From assembly GCA_045536775.1 (NCBI GenBank), contig JAZSOD010000010.1:1-57902 (forward strand): 57,902 bases of DNA. The letters run 5' to 3'. This document shows, in pieces, positions 1 to 9,942 of this stretch. The position numbers and the translations under genes are program-made. How positions within the stretch are numbered: the stretch's first letter is position 1; each line of letters starts with the position of its first letter. The notes below the pieces were generated by a model. It made no database searches and had not been told where the DNA came from. It was given only the letters and a program-made list of their open reading frames with translations. The stretch is from Eubacteriales bacterium (GTDB lineage Bacteria; Bacillota; Clostridia; Oscillospirales; CAG-272).

Positions 1-152
1 GCGATCATACGAAGTGTTGTGGACTTACCGCATCCGGAAGGTCCTACGAAGATGATAAATTCCTTATCCTTGATGTCGAGGCAGAAGTCGGATACAGCCG
101 TTACTCCGCCGGGATACTTCTTGTAAATGTGTTTAAGTGAAAGGCTTGCCAT
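1..152 (-). CDS. ABC transporter ATP-binding protein, MalK/MsmK/UgpC type (partial, runs off window)
   Basis: Manual translation MASLSLKHIYKKYPGGVTAVSDFCLDIKDKEFIIFVGPSGCGKSTTLRMI with Walker A GPSGCGKS; GGAGG RBS upstream. Confidence 0.9.
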   Translation of the reverse strand, partial: MASLSLKHIYKKYPGGVTAVSDFCLDIKDKEFIIFVGPSGCGKSTTLRMI

Positions 153-364
153 TTTTATTCCTCCTGTAATAAGCGGCTTTAATATTGCTGTGCCGCTGAA
201 AATTCAATTTTCTACGCATATTATTATAGCAAAAAAATCTCAAAATTGGAAGTGTCATTACTCCCGAATTTACAGTTGTCTTTTTGTGCATTTTGTCACA
301 AATTTCATAATAATTAGTTTACTTCGGGATGTTCAAAGCGAAACGCGTTCTAATTTATTAGAAT

Positions 365-2515
365 TTATCTTTTCATCGTAAGTGAGATTCTCTTTTTCTT
401 CATGTCGACATCCTTGACGGTTACGTCAACTATATCACCGACAGAGAGCACCTCGGACGGATGCTTTATAAACTTATTGGATATCTCGGAAATATGAACC
501 AGACCGTCTTGATGCACACCTATATCAACAAACGCGCCGAAGTCAATAACGTTTCTGACAGTACCCTTGAACTTCATTCCGGGCTTCAAGTCCTCCATAT
601 CCATAACGTCATCACGAAGTATGGGTGCGGGGAGCGAGTCACGAACGTCACGTCCCGGCTTTTCAAGCTCGGAAATGATGTCTGCAAGAGTAGGCTCACC
701 TATTCCAAGCTCGACCGCAACCTTGGAAAGTCCTGCCGCTGTCACCTTCTCCTTGATTCCCGCAAGCTTATTTTCAGCAACGTCATTTAACGTATAGCCG
801 AACATATCGAGCAGCTTTTCTGCGGCTTCGTACGACTCGGGGTGTACTCCCGTATTGTCAAGTATTTTCTTTGATGACGGCACTCTGAGGAAGCCGGCGC
901 ACTGCTCGTACGCCTTTGCGCCTATTCTCGGCACTTTGAGTATCTCGCTTCTCGATTTGAATTCGCCATTCTCTTCTCTGTATTTAACTATATTTTTTGC
1001 ACTTGTAGCGTTAATTCCCGCGATATATGAAAGGAGTGAATGCGACGCCGTGTTTACGTCAACGCCCACACTGTTAACGCAGTCCTCGACTACACCCGTG
1101 AGAGATTCGTCAAGTCTTGCAGGCTTCATATCGTGCTGATACTGTCCGACTCCTATCGACTTCGGATCTATCTTTACAAGCTCTGCAAGCGGGTCCTGAA
1201 GTCTGCGTGCTATGGATACTGCACTTCTCTGCGTAACGTCGAAATCGGGGAATTCATCGGTAGCGAGCTTGGACGCCGAGTAAACAGACGCGCCTGCCTC
1301 ACTTACCATAGCGTAGTGGATATCACCCGCAAGCTCCTTCAGGATATTAGCGATAAATATCTCGCTTTCCTTTGAAGCAGTACCGTTTCCTATTGCAATA
1401 AGCTCGACCTTCCACGTATTTATAAGACGCTTTACGATCTTCGCGCTCTCCTCAATTCTCTCCTGCGGCTTATGAGGATAGATAACGCCCGTGTCAAGCA
1501 CTTTGCCGGTCTTATCTACAACCGCAAGCTTACAGCCTGTTCTGTAGCCCGGGTCAAGACCGAGCACACACTTGCCCTTTACGGGCGGCTGCATAAGGAG
1601 GTGCTTAAGGTTGTCGGAAAAGAGCTTTATAGCACCTTCTCCCGCGCGGTCAAAGAGCATTGAGCGTATTTCGTTTTCGATAGACGGTGCGATGAGTCTT
1701 TGATAGCTGTCGATAACCGCGAAGCGCACGTATTTTGCCGCAGGGCTCTGATAATCGCTTATTACTGTATAGAGAAGGTAGTTGAGCACCACCTCAGCGG
1801 AAATATCCACCGACACCTTGAGGAACTCTTCCTTTTCTCCGCGGTTAAGCGCAAGCACTCTGTGGTCGGCAATACTCTTGGCTCCCTCGGAATACTCGTA
1901 GTACATTGAGTAGACCGAATCCTCGTCCTTTGCCGCCTTTGAGGTAATTACGCCGAAATCCCATGTCATTTCTCTGATTTCTTTTCTGTAATCGGCGTTA
2001 TCGGAGATATCCTCTGCGATGATATCGCAAGCGCCCGCAAACGCGTCTGCGGCAGTCTCTACGCCCTTTTCAAAGTCAACAAGCGATTCCGCAAGCTCGT
2101 CAAGCGTGGGAGAATACTCCTTTTGCATAAGCATAAGCGCTTCGGCAAGAGGCTCGAGTCCTCTTTCTCTCGCAATCGACGCTCTTGTGCGGCGCTTGGG
2201 CTTAAACGGTCTATATATGTCCTCGACCTCAGCAAGTATCTGAGCCGCATCTATTGCCTCGGCTATCTCGTCGGTCATCTTACCCTGCTCTGTTATAGAT
2301 GCGATGACCTCGGCCTTACGGGCTTCGAGATTTCTGAGATAAGTAAGTCTGTCAAACAGGTCGCGGAGTACCTCGTCGCTGAGTGAGCCAGTAACCTCTT
2401 TTCTGTATCTTGCAATAAACGGAATAGTATTTCCGTCGTCTATAAGAGCTACCGTCTTTTCAACCTGCTCGTCCTTTAGTCCAAGCTCCTCTGCAAGCTT
2501 TTTCAAAATGTCCAT
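365..2515 (-). CDS. tex: Tex family RNA-binding transcriptional accessory protein
   Basis: TIPFIARYRKE N-terminus, YqgF-like LGLDPGYRTGCK, HhH, C-terminal S1 domain (FGAFVDIGVHQDGLVHIS). Confidence 0.95.
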   Translation of the reverse strand: MDILKKLAEELGLKDEQVEKTVALIDDGNTIPFIARYRKEVTGSLSDEVLRDLFDRLTYLRNLEARKAEVIASITEQGKMTDEIAEAIDAAQILAEVEDIYRPFKPKRRTRASIARERGLEPLAEALMLMQKEYSPTLDELAESLVDFEKGVETAADAFAGACDIIAEDISDNADYRKEIREMTWDFGVITSKAAKDEDSVYSMYYEYSEGAKSIADHRVLALNRGEKEEFLKVSVDISAEVVLNYLLYTVISDYQSPAAKYVRFAVIDSYQRLIAPSIENEIRSMLFDRAGEGAIKLFSDNLKHLLMQPPVKGKCVLGLDPGYRTGCKLAVVDKTGKVLDTGVIYPHKPQERIEESAKIVKRLINTWKVELIAIGNGTASKESEIFIANILKELAGDIHYAMVSEAGASVYSASKLATDEFPDFDVTQRSAVSIARRLQDPLAELVKIDPKSIGVGQYQHDMKPARLDESLTGVVEDCVNSVGVDVNTASHSLLSYIAGINATSAKNIVKYREENGEFKSRSEILKVPRIGAKAYEQCAGFLRVPSSKKILDNTGVHPESYEAAEKLLDMFGYTLNDVAENKLAGIKEKVTAAGLSKVAVELGIGEPTLADIISELEKPGRDVRDSLPAPILRDDVMDMEDLKPGMKFKGTVRNVIDFGAFVDIGVHQDGLVHISEISNKFIKHPSEVLSVGDIVDVTVKDVDMKKKRISLTMKR

Positions 2516-2545
2516 TGTTTTGTAGTTCCTTTCGGTGATATGTGC

Positions 2546-3247
2546 TTATTTTTTGAACACGGTTTCTTCTTCGGGGGTAAGCTCTCTCCACTCTCCTCTG
2601 TCAAGCGCGGGGTCGAGAACTATTCCGCCGAAGCTGATACGTTCAAGATAGGTTATCTTATTGTCTATTGCGGCAAACATCCGCTTTATCTGATGATATT
2701 TTCCCTCTGTCAGCGTTATAATTCCGCTTTGCCGTCCCAGATCAAGCTCGAGCCTTGCGTCCTTTGTCACGTATCCGTCATCAAGCGTAATACCGTTCTG
2801 AAGCCGCAACGAGTCCTCCTCGCTTACGGGCGATTCACACTCAAAGCGATACCTTTTATCAACGTGATGCTTTGGCGAAAGCACTCTGTGCGCGCCCTCG
2901 CCGTCATTCGTGAGTATCACAAGGCCGAGTGTATTTTTATCAAGGCGTCCACACGGAAATAGCCCGAGTTTCGCGTACTTTTCGGGCACGAGGTCGAGCA
3001 CCGTTTTTTCTCTCGGGTCATCGGTCGCGCTTACGTAGCCCTCGGGCTTATTGAGGAGAAGGTACACGAACTCCTTGTATATTATTCTTTCTCCCCGATA
3101 GGTCAGAGTGTCGCGCTCGGGGTCTATATGTATATCCGAACGGCGCACAACGGCACCGTTTACGGTTATCTCTCCCCTTTTCGCCGCCTTCGCGGCATCA
3201 CTTCGGCTCGCGGCTCCGACCGTTGTCAGTATTTTGTCTATTCTCAT
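2546..3247 (-). CDS. RsuA-family rRNA pseudouridine synthase
   Basis: S4 N-terminus MRIDK, LNKPEGYVS, GRLDKNTLGL catalytic motif, EGKYHQIKRM; ATG at 3247 chosen from RBS. Confidence 0.92.
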   Translation of the reverse strand: MRIDKILTTVGAASRSDAAKAAKRGEITVNGAVVRRSDIHIDPERDTLTYRGERIIYKEFVYLLLNKPEGYVSATDDPREKTVLDLVPEKYAKLGLFPCGRLDKNTLGLVILTNDGEGAHRVLSPKHHVDKRYRFECESPVSEEDSLRLQNGITLDDGYVTKDARLELDLGRQSGIITLTEGKYHQIKRMFAAIDNKITYLERISFGGIVLDPALDRGEWRELTPEEETVFKK

Positions 3248-3266
3248 AATCAAGCTCCGTTGGTTC

Positions 3267-3374
3267 TCAAAACCTCACCGTACTCACTATAATGTTTCCG
3301 ACTATGATAGCCGCCACGGTAAATACCGCGAGCGAAATATAGAACGCGCTTTTGAAATCACTTTGTTTTTTCAT
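3267..3374 (-). CDS. putative 35-aa single-pass membrane peptide
   Basis: Manual translation MKKQSDFKSAFYISLAVFTVAAIIVGNIIVSTVRF; GGAG RBS 5 nt upstream; fills the gap between co-oriented genes. Confidence 0.55.
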   Translation of the reverse strand: MKKQSDFKSAFYISLAVFTVAAIIVGNIIVSTVRF

Positions 3375-3422
3375 AACTTCTCCGAGCATTTTTTATTATT
3401 ATGCCCGATTATTCCCTCCGTA

Positions 3423-4769
3423 TTACGCGAGAGTGTTATGAAAACCCGAGATCTTCTTGAAAATTTCTCTTATATACGCGTCCGCCTTCGCTCCGCCAGA
3501 GTCCATGTTTGTAAAAACTATCGCTATATAAGGTCTGTCGCCGTAGACGATCGCCGCATCGTGATACGCGTTCTCGTCCCAGCCGTATTTATGTATGGAG
3601 TTCGGCAAAACAAGCTTTGAGAGCACCGTGTGCGCAGAGCCCGCAAGAGTTTCGCGTACAAATTCGCCGTACTCCTCGTTTTCAATAGTGAAATAGTATA
3701 TCTCCTTAAAGAGCTTGCCCGCTTCGTTTACCGTGAGATTCATTTCGTAGGTAAGCGGCGCTTTCACCCCGTGCTTACGAACAAAATCATAATACCATTT
3801 GTTGGTAAAGTTCTTTTTTATAAGTCTGAATGCAATATTATCGCTGTTTTTAAGCGCGAATGTAAATAGCTCGGAAAACTCCACCTGTGTACCGAGAGGC
3901 TCATCCTTGAGCACTCCCGATCCTTCAACCGCGGTGTTTTCCTCGTCAAGAACTATAGTCTTATCAAGATCAAACATCTCGGCAAGCTTTTCGGCACTGT
4001 ATCTCTCGTCCTTGGGATCGGGCTTTATATTCCCGTTTTTGTATTCCGTGCAGGCATCAAGGACCGCCGTTATATACGGTGCCTTCATTACACTCGCCGA
4101 GTCAAAGACCATATCTCCGTTATAAGAATACTTATAACCTGTGACAAGGTCCTCGTAATAGACCGCTATTGTAGGGACTTCCGCATCCTGCTCGCCCTCT
4201 TTTAGAAGCTCAGACAATGACATTTCGGGGTCATACTCATCACCAAGCGTTTCCTTTGCATCATTCACGTACTTTTCGGCGTCTACCCATACGTGATCAA
4301 CTACGTCGCTTCCTTCCTCCAGCTCGCTCTTTAACTTTTCAAGCTCCTCTTCGGTAAGCTTTACGCGCAAGAGAGGAGAGCTGTTCTCAATATACCCTTC
4401 TATGCTATCGAGGTTGGCTTTTACCGATGAAAAATCAAGCCCCTTCTGCTTTCGCCGCTTTTCCATTTCAAGAGAAAGCTTATCGGAAAGCGCGGTCTTT
4501 TCGGCAAGAGCATTTTCGAGCTCTGAGATCCGTCCCTCGTAGAATTCTCCGCCCGCCTTGAGGTCTGCAAGCAGCTTTGTATTTTCGCCTTTTGTGAAAT
4601 CAAGCTCGTTGCCAAGCTCTGTTATGTTTGCCTTTGCCTCATCAAGCTCCGACGCAAGTACGTTTGAATTGACTTCTTCTTTTTTTAAGTCCATAGAAGT
4701 CAATACAAGTGCTATTGCGAGCCCTGTTATTGCAACAACGGCAAGTATCGCTAAAATTTTATTTTTCAT
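3423..4769 (-). CDS. membrane-anchored serine hydrolase, class A beta-lactamase-like domain with coiled-coil stalk
   Basis: N-terminal TM, coiled coil, SxxK (SASVMK), SDN, HKYG, HDAAIV motifs. Confidence 0.8.
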   Translation of the reverse strand: MKNKILAILAVVAITGLAIALVLTSMDLKKEEVNSNVLASELDEAKANITELGNELDFTKGENTKLLADLKAGGEFYEGRISELENALAEKTALSDKLSLEMEKRRKQKGLDFSSVKANLDSIEGYIENSSPLLRVKLTEEELEKLKSELEEGSDVVDHVWVDAEKYVNDAKETLGDEYDPEMSLSELLKEGEQDAEVPTIAVYYEDLVTGYKYSYNGDMVFDSASVMKAPYITAVLDACTEYKNGNIKPDPKDERYSAEKLAEMFDLDKTIVLDEENTAVEGSGVLKDEPLGTQVEFSELFTFALKNSDNIAFRLIKKNFTNKWYYDFVRKHGVKAPLTYEMNLTVNEAGKLFKEIYYFTIENEEYGEFVRETLAGSAHTVLSKLVLPNSIHKYGWDENAYHDAAIVYGDRPYIAIVFTNMDSGGAKADAYIREIFKKISGFHNTLA

Positions 4770-5612
4770 TTATATTACTGCTTCCTTATGTCTTGCCACG
4801 TGGCAATTTATGTTTACCGCTACGGGAAGTCCCGCTATGTGCGTAGGATACCACTCCGTTTTTACTGCAAGTGCCGTGGTGTCTCCACCAAAGCCCTGCG
4901 GACCTATATCAAGCTTATTCAGCGCCTCGAGTATTTTTTCTTCAAGCGCCGCATATTTCGGGTTTTCCGTAACAGATGATACGTCACGTGCAAGGGCTTT
5001 CTTTGCAAGATACGCCGCGTATTCAAACGTGCCGCCGATACCCACTCCCACAACAACGGGGGGACATGGATTGCTTCCTGCCAATCTTACCGTATCCACC
5101 ACGAAGTCGATAATATCCTGCTCTGACGCAGACGGAGTGAACATTCTGATCCTGCTCATATTCTCACTGCCAAAGCCCTTAGGTGCGGCGGTAAGCTTGA
5201 TCTTATCGCCTTTAACGAGTCTTGTATGTATTATCGCAGGGGTGTTGTCATTCGTGTTGACTCTATCGAAAAGCGGACATCTGACTACGGATTTGCGAAG
5301 GTAGCCTTCGTCATAGGCGCGTCTGACTCCGTCGTTTACCGCCTTCTCAAAGTCACCGACTATATGCACGTCAACTCCCACCTCTGCAAACACAACCGCC
5401 ATTCCCGTATCTTGACAAATTGGAATATTGAGGCTCACTGCCGCGTCCAGATTATCCTCCATACTCTTAAGTATGCTCTTTGCAAGAGGATTTGTTTCGC
5501 GGGTCTGTGCACCGCGAACAAGAGCCTCTGTATCCTCCGGCAGCTTATAGCAGGCAGAGATAAACAACTCTCTCACCGTGTCGCTTATTTGCTTTTCGCT
5601 TATTTCTCTCAT
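4770..5612 (-). CDS. Fe-S hydro-lyase, fumarate hydratase/tartrate dehydratase alpha subunit
   Basis: PICQDTG, KGFGSEN, GSNPCPP, GPQGFGG, HIAGLPVAVNINCH motifs. Confidence 0.93.
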   Translation of the reverse strand: MREISEKQISDTVRELFISACYKLPEDTEALVRGAQTRETNPLAKSILKSMEDNLDAAVSLNIPICQDTGMAVVFAEVGVDVHIVGDFEKAVNDGVRRAYDEGYLRKSVVRCPLFDRVNTNDNTPAIIHTRLVKGDKIKLTAAPKGFGSENMSRIRMFTPSASEQDIIDFVVDTVRLAGSNPCPPVVVGVGIGGTFEYAAYLAKKALARDVSSVTENPKYAALEEKILEALNKLDIGPQGFGGDTTALAVKTEWYPTHIAGLPVAVNINCHVARHKEAVI

Positions 5613-5709
5613 ATATACTCCGTTCACCACGCCGTCGCGGCACAAGATCATTTTCAAAAAATAAAAGCCGTATATGCAAGAAGAATTCCTTACATATACA
5701 GCAATCAGA

Positions 5710-5988
5710 TCAGTTTACAATAAAAAACACTTCTTCAGGGAAACAATAATCAAGTTTTTCTTTGGCAACGCTTATTATATACTCCTTATCAAAGGGTGCA
5801 TTGCACTTGTTCTCAAGCTCATCTACTTCTGCGGAATAATATTCGATTTCCTCTTTGAGCGTTTCCTGATAAGCCTTCTGATGCGAATACTCGATTCTGT
5901 AGCTGACGATCTTCACGATGCAAAAAAGTACCGCGACCGCGATCACTATCTTTGCGGTGATGCCGATTTTTTTTGCGCCCGTTTTCAT
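5710..5988 (-). CDS. divIC: septum formation initiator, DivIC/FtsB family
   Basis: Basic N-terminus, TM, coiled coil, EYIISVAKEKLDY..PEE; position after yabQ; GGAGG RBS before ATG 5988. Confidence 0.75.
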   Translation of the reverse strand: MKTGAKKIGITAKIVIAVAVLFCIVKIVSYRIEYSHQKAYQETLKEEIEYYSAEVDELENKCNAPFDKEYIISVAKEKLDYCFPEEVFFIVN

Positions 5989-6622
5989 AACCGTCCTCCT
6001 TTTTGCTTCCTTCACATGAGTATCCAAACAATTTTTCAGACAGGACCGTAAGCCTTTTGGCAAGAGCTTTCGACCTGACCGTAACAATTCTTAATTTAAG
6101 GGTTTCAACAGGTACCGATATTGTCCTATGCGTTACTTTTATAAAAGGAGTAACCAACCTGTAAACCAAAAACGCCGAGATGAGTCTGAACAGCGAGATT
6201 ATGATGCCCGAGGTGAACGCGATCGTTCTGCCGACCGTGTTATAGTACGCGGCAAATCCGATTATCACCGAAATCAAAACATACAGTCTCGGCTGACCGT
6301 AGTTAGCCTGATACAAAAACACGACGCTCACAACCGAGGTTGCAAGAAAAAACATAACGTCGCACGTAAAGACCACGATAAAGTCAAGCCGCGCTTGAAT
6401 ACCTCCGGTCCGCCGTACGCAAGTGTTATCGCCACGTGAACGTATGCGCAAAATAAGGTCTTCTATGCGCTCAAAGCGCACCTTCGACTGTGTGCCGCGT
6501 CCTAAAGTAAACGCTATCCGTATGACTCTGAAAACGTCATAGACAGCGCCTATGAGTACACCGACAAGCACCGCATAAACAAACAAAGCCGTCTGCTCAT
6601 ACAGCGATACGTCAAACGCCAT
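5819..6622 (-). CDS. yabQ: spore cortex biosynthesis protein YabQ
   Basis: GVLIGAVYDVFRVIR and NYGQPRLY motifs; follows yabP. Confidence 0.8.
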   Translation of the reverse strand: MAFDVSLYEQTALFVYAVLVGVLIGAVYDVFRVIRIAFTLGRGTQSKVRFERIEDLILRIRSRGDNTCVRRTGGIQARLDFIVVFTCDVMFFLATSVVSVVFLYQANYGQPRLYVLISVIIGFAAYYNTVGRTIAFTSGIIISLFRLISAFLVYRLVTPFIKVTHRTISVPVETLKLRIVTVRSKALAKRLTVLSEKLFGYSCEGSKKEDGYENGRKKNRHHRKDSDRGRGTFLHREDRQLQNRVFASEGLSGNAQRGNRILFRRSR

Positions 6623-6894
6623 CAGCCTGCCGCCTTCTTAAACAAACCTCCGCGTTTTACGGTCGGTTCCGTATAATAAAGCGAATCCACCTTGCCCGAC
6701 ACCGAGAGTATTCCCGTGTCAACGTCAAGCCTCGATATATGCAAACTGCTGCCTTCAATGTTCAGTATGCCCATAACGGTTTTGACTGCGAGTGCGCTCT
6801 CGTCAAAGCCAAGAACGTCTTCCACTCCGCTTATTATAAGCTCTGTCCGAGCCTTCAGCCTTACCTCGTGCTCACGCGCTTCATTATTCTCCAT
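6622..6894 (-). CDS. yabP: sporulation protein YabP
   Basis: ISGVEDVLGFDE, LNIEGSSLHISRLDV motifs; synteny. Confidence 0.9.
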   Translation of the reverse strand: MENNEAREHEVRLKARTELIISGVEDVLGFDESALAVKTVMGILNIEGSSLHISRLDVDTGILSVSGKVDSLYYTEPTVKRGGLFKKAAG

Positions 6895-6958
6895 AATATC
6901 CTGCTCCGTTCGTGTTTCTTTGCTTCATCTTATGCGAACGAAAGCGGTGATATTACTT

Positions 6959-7207
6959 TTACTCGTGAGTCAGCACCTCATAAAGCGAGGCTGCGTCGCT
7001 CTTTGCCACGGTCTCACGTACATCAAGAACACGAATTCGGAGAGTTTTCTCTCCGAATCGTATCTCGATTACGTCGTTTTCTTTGACATCGTATGACGCC
7101 TTAGCACGTCTTCCGTTAACGGTAACGTGCTCTGCGTCGCAGGCATCGTTGGCAACCGTGCGCCTCTTAATTATGCGCGATACCTTTAAGAACTTGTCAA
7201 GACGCAT
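6959..7207 (-). CDS. yabO: S4-domain RNA-binding protein (YabO/RqcP, Hsp15-like)
   Basis: MRLDKFLKVSRIIKRRTVA signature. Confidence 0.92.
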   Translation of the reverse strand: MRLDKFLKVSRIIKRRTVANDACDAEHVTVNGRRAKASYDVKENDVIEIRFGEKTLRIRVLDVRETVAKSDAASLYEVLTHE

Positions 7208-7214
7208 TTTTTGC

Positions 7215-7490
7215 TTACTTGTTTACCTTTGCCTTGAGTGCAGAACCTGCAGAGAAAGATACGCCCTTGGATGCTGCGATAGTCATAGCCTTACCTGTCT
7301 GGGGGTTACGTCCCTGACGAGCTGCTCTTGTCTTAACGCCGAATGTACCAAAACCAACGAGCTGAACCTTATCGCCTGCTACGAGAGCGTTTTCGATGGA
7401 TGCGAATACAGCGTTAACTGCCTTTTCGCTTTCTGTCTTCTTAAGACCGGATGCTGCTGCTACTGCTTCGATTAACTGTGTCTTGTTCAT
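7215..7490 (-). CDS. hup: DNA-binding protein HU
   Basis: MNKTQLI, VQLVGFGTF, RQGRNPQTG. Confidence 0.96.
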   Translation of the reverse strand: MNKTQLIEAVAAASGLKKTESEKAVNAVFASIENALVAGDKVQLVGFGTFGVKTRAARQGRNPQTGKAMTIAASKGVSFSAGSALKAKVNK

Positions 7491-7640
7491 TTTGATTAAC
7501 CCTTTCTGATGAAAAATTTTTTGTCCTGATTAAGTAATTTTCATTACAATATCGGTAGTTTTATTATATCATTATTTTTACTGAATATCAAGAGTATTCA
7601 CCAATATTTTTTGCTTTTTTTGCACAGAAATCAAGCTTTT

Positions 7641-8303
7641 TTACCTTTTTTTGTAAATATTTACCGTCTCTTTACATTTACTGTCAAGAATTTCCTCGAG
7701 ATCGACTCCGCTGCGGGCTGCGCTCTCACAAATTTTCATTAGAATTTCCGCGTATTCCGCCCCGTTCAAGCCATCAAATTCGGTACCCTTGGCACACAGG
7801 CTTACACCTGATTTTGACGCCTTTTTTATCATCTTCTGAGCTTTCATAAGTGACGGCAGAGTTGTGGGAACGGAGGCAAGCACGTCGCCTATATCCTTGT
7901 GTCCCTTTTCCTCTCTTTTGATCGCGTCCCAGTTAACGATAACCTTTTCGGGAGTTTCTGCACAAACGTCACCAAAAACGTGAGGGTGGCGGTTAACAAG
8001 CTTTTTGCAGACGCCGTTTATGACGTCGCTCATCTCAAATCTGCCCCACTCCCTTTCCATCTCGGTATGAAACACGACCTGCATCATTACGTCGCCAAGC
8101 TCCTCGCAAAGAAGAACGGGATTATCGGTATCTATTGCCTCGGCAACCTCGTAGGTCTCTTCTATAAAGTTTTTTCTTATGCTTTTATGATCCTGCTCCC
8201 TATCCCACAAACATCCCTCGGGCGAGCGCAGTATTCTCATTATGCTCTGCAGATCGTCGAACGTATAGCTCTCTTTATTTTTGAGTTCCTTTATTTTGTC
8301 CAT
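7641..8303 (-). CDS. mazG: MazG family nucleoside triphosphate pyrophosphohydrolase (YabN C-terminal part)
   Basis: LRSPEGCLWDREQ, EETYEV, EELGD, KLVNRHPHVF. Confidence 0.9.
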   Translation of the reverse strand: MDKIKELKNKESYTFDDLQSIMRILRSPEGCLWDREQDHKSIRKNFIEETYEVAEAIDTDNPVLLCEELGDVMMQVVFHTEMEREWGRFEMSDVINGVCKKLVNRHPHVFGDVCAETPEKVIVNWDAIKREEKGHKDIGDVLASVPTTLPSLMKAQKMIKKASKSGVSLCAKGTEFDGLNGAEYAEILMKICESAARSGVDLEEILDSKCKETVNIYKKR

Positions 8304-8313
8304 TTTATTTGCC

Positions 8314-9924
8314 TTAATTTATCGCCTTTAGCTTTTTTAATATTGCATATACCTTGTCACCCTTAGGTAATACCTCAACGTCTTCGCGTGTCAGGCATTT
8401 CAAAAGAAGCACTAGCGCCGCGTAAACGACTACCGCGCACACAATGGCCGCCACGGTCGACAGCGAGTTACCGATAAGCGGCAAAAGCTTATATGACACA
8501 AGCATAGCGGTCACACCGCACGCCGCACTCGCTATAAGAGGCTTTAAGTATACGTTTATCACCGACGGGGTGACCTTCGCGTATTTTGCAACGAAGTACA
8601 TATTGAAAACCACTATCGTCATATAGCATACAAGTGTACTTACGGGACTTCCGTATTTCCCGAGAAGCGGGATCAGAACAATACTTCCGACAAGCTTTAC
8701 CGCAGAGCCTGCAAGCATTGATATTATGGGCATTCTCTCTTTTCCGCACGCCTGAAGTATAGCGTTGGTTATTGCTACAAGGCATACGAAGAACACCGAA
8801 GGTGCAAGAGCCGTCAGCATACCTGCACCGTTTTCTACCATATCTGCTCTGAAGAACATCGAAAGTATCTGGTACGCAAGAACTGCAAGTCCTACCGAGC
8901 ATGGCATTGCAATAAGCGAGGTAAGCTTCATTGATGAACGCATATATCTTCTCGCATCCTCATGCTCCCGTCTTGTGACCGATGCCGTTATAAGCGGTAC
9001 AACCGAATAGGTTATGGCGTATATGAGTACGGGCGGCAGATTGAACATCGGAACTGCAAGCGAGGTGTAGTTTCCGTAGATCATTACCGCTTCCTCGTTG
9101 GTGTATCCGTACGACATAAGTCCGCCCGGCATAATGACCGTATCAAAGATGCTCGTAAGACTCATAACAGATGAGCTTATAGTTATGGGCACCGCTATTT
9201 TAATAAGTCTTGCGGCGATACTGCGACCGCTTTGAACGCTTGTAACGTCTCCCTCAAGGCGCTCGTATTCACTATTATATTTTTTCTCGTTGAAGCAAAG
9301 CTTTGCAACAGACAGGAACAAAAATCCCGCCGCAACTCCTATGGCTATTCCGAGAAGCGCACACGCCGCGACGTTCTGGGTCTTCATTCCGAGAGACAGA
9401 GTGTACTTTGCTATGGAAATTCCGATAAAGAGTTTGCCGAGAGCCTCCATTATCTGCGAGACCGCGGTAGGAAACATTATCTGATAACCCTGAAAATACC
9501 CTCTCAAGGCACTTGACATACAGCTGAAGAACAGTGACGGCGCGATCGCAACTATACATATTGCCGCCTCGGGTACACGTATCAGCTCCGCAAACCTGTT
9601 TGCGCCGAGAATCATTATGAGCGTACCTGCAGCTCCTATTGCAAAAAACAGAAGAAGCACGGCTCTGACTATGATCTTTATCTGCTTTGTGTTAGCTCTC
9701 GCACGGCTTTCGCTGACTATCATTGAGACTGCAACCGACAGGCCTGCCGTAGTGAGCATATAAAACCACGCGTATATTGTGTAAGCGGCGTTGAAGTAAC
9801 CCATTCCCGTTTCGCCTATAAGGTTTGTGAGGGGGATCTTGAACAAAAGCCCCACGGCCTTTATAAGCACGTTTGAAAAGGTCAGTATCAGCATACCGGA
9901 GAAAAATCTTTTCTGTGTTGACAT
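8314..9924 (-). CDS. MOP-family flippase, SpoVB/YabM-like polysaccharide biosynthesis protein
   Basis: Multiple TMs, GLLFKIPL, LRGYFQG, PTAVSQIME motifs; synteny with mazG. Confidence 0.88.
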   Translation of the reverse strand: MSTQKRFFSGMLILTFSNVLIKAVGLLFKIPLTNLIGETGMGYFNAAYTIYAWFYMLTTAGLSVAVSMIVSESRARANTKQIKIIVRAVLLLFFAIGAAGTLIMILGANRFAELIRVPEAAICIVAIAPSLFFSCMSSALRGYFQGYQIMFPTAVSQIMEALGKLFIGISIAKYTLSLGMKTQNVAACALLGIAIGVAAGFLFLSVAKLCFNEKKYNSEYERLEGDVTSVQSGRSIAARLIKIAVPITISSSVMSLTSIFDTVIMPGGLMSYGYTNEEAVMIYGNYTSLAVPMFNLPPVLIYAITYSVVPLITASVTRREHEDARRYMRSSMKLTSLIAMPCSVGLAVLAYQILSMFFRADMVENGAGMLTALAPSVFFVCLVAITNAILQACGKERMPIISMLAGSAVKLVGSIVLIPLLGKYGSPVSTLVCYMTIVVFNMYFVAKYAKVTPSVINVYLKPLIASAACGVTAMLVSYKLLPLIGNSLSTVAAIVCAVVVYAALVLLLKCLTREDVEVLPKGDKVYAILKKLKAIN

Positions 9925-9942
9925 ATATCTCCTCATCAAAGC

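Noticed and set aside
4770-5612. Missing fumarase beta subunit as an anomaly
   Set aside because: It may be encoded elsewhere in the genome; cannot be judged from this window.
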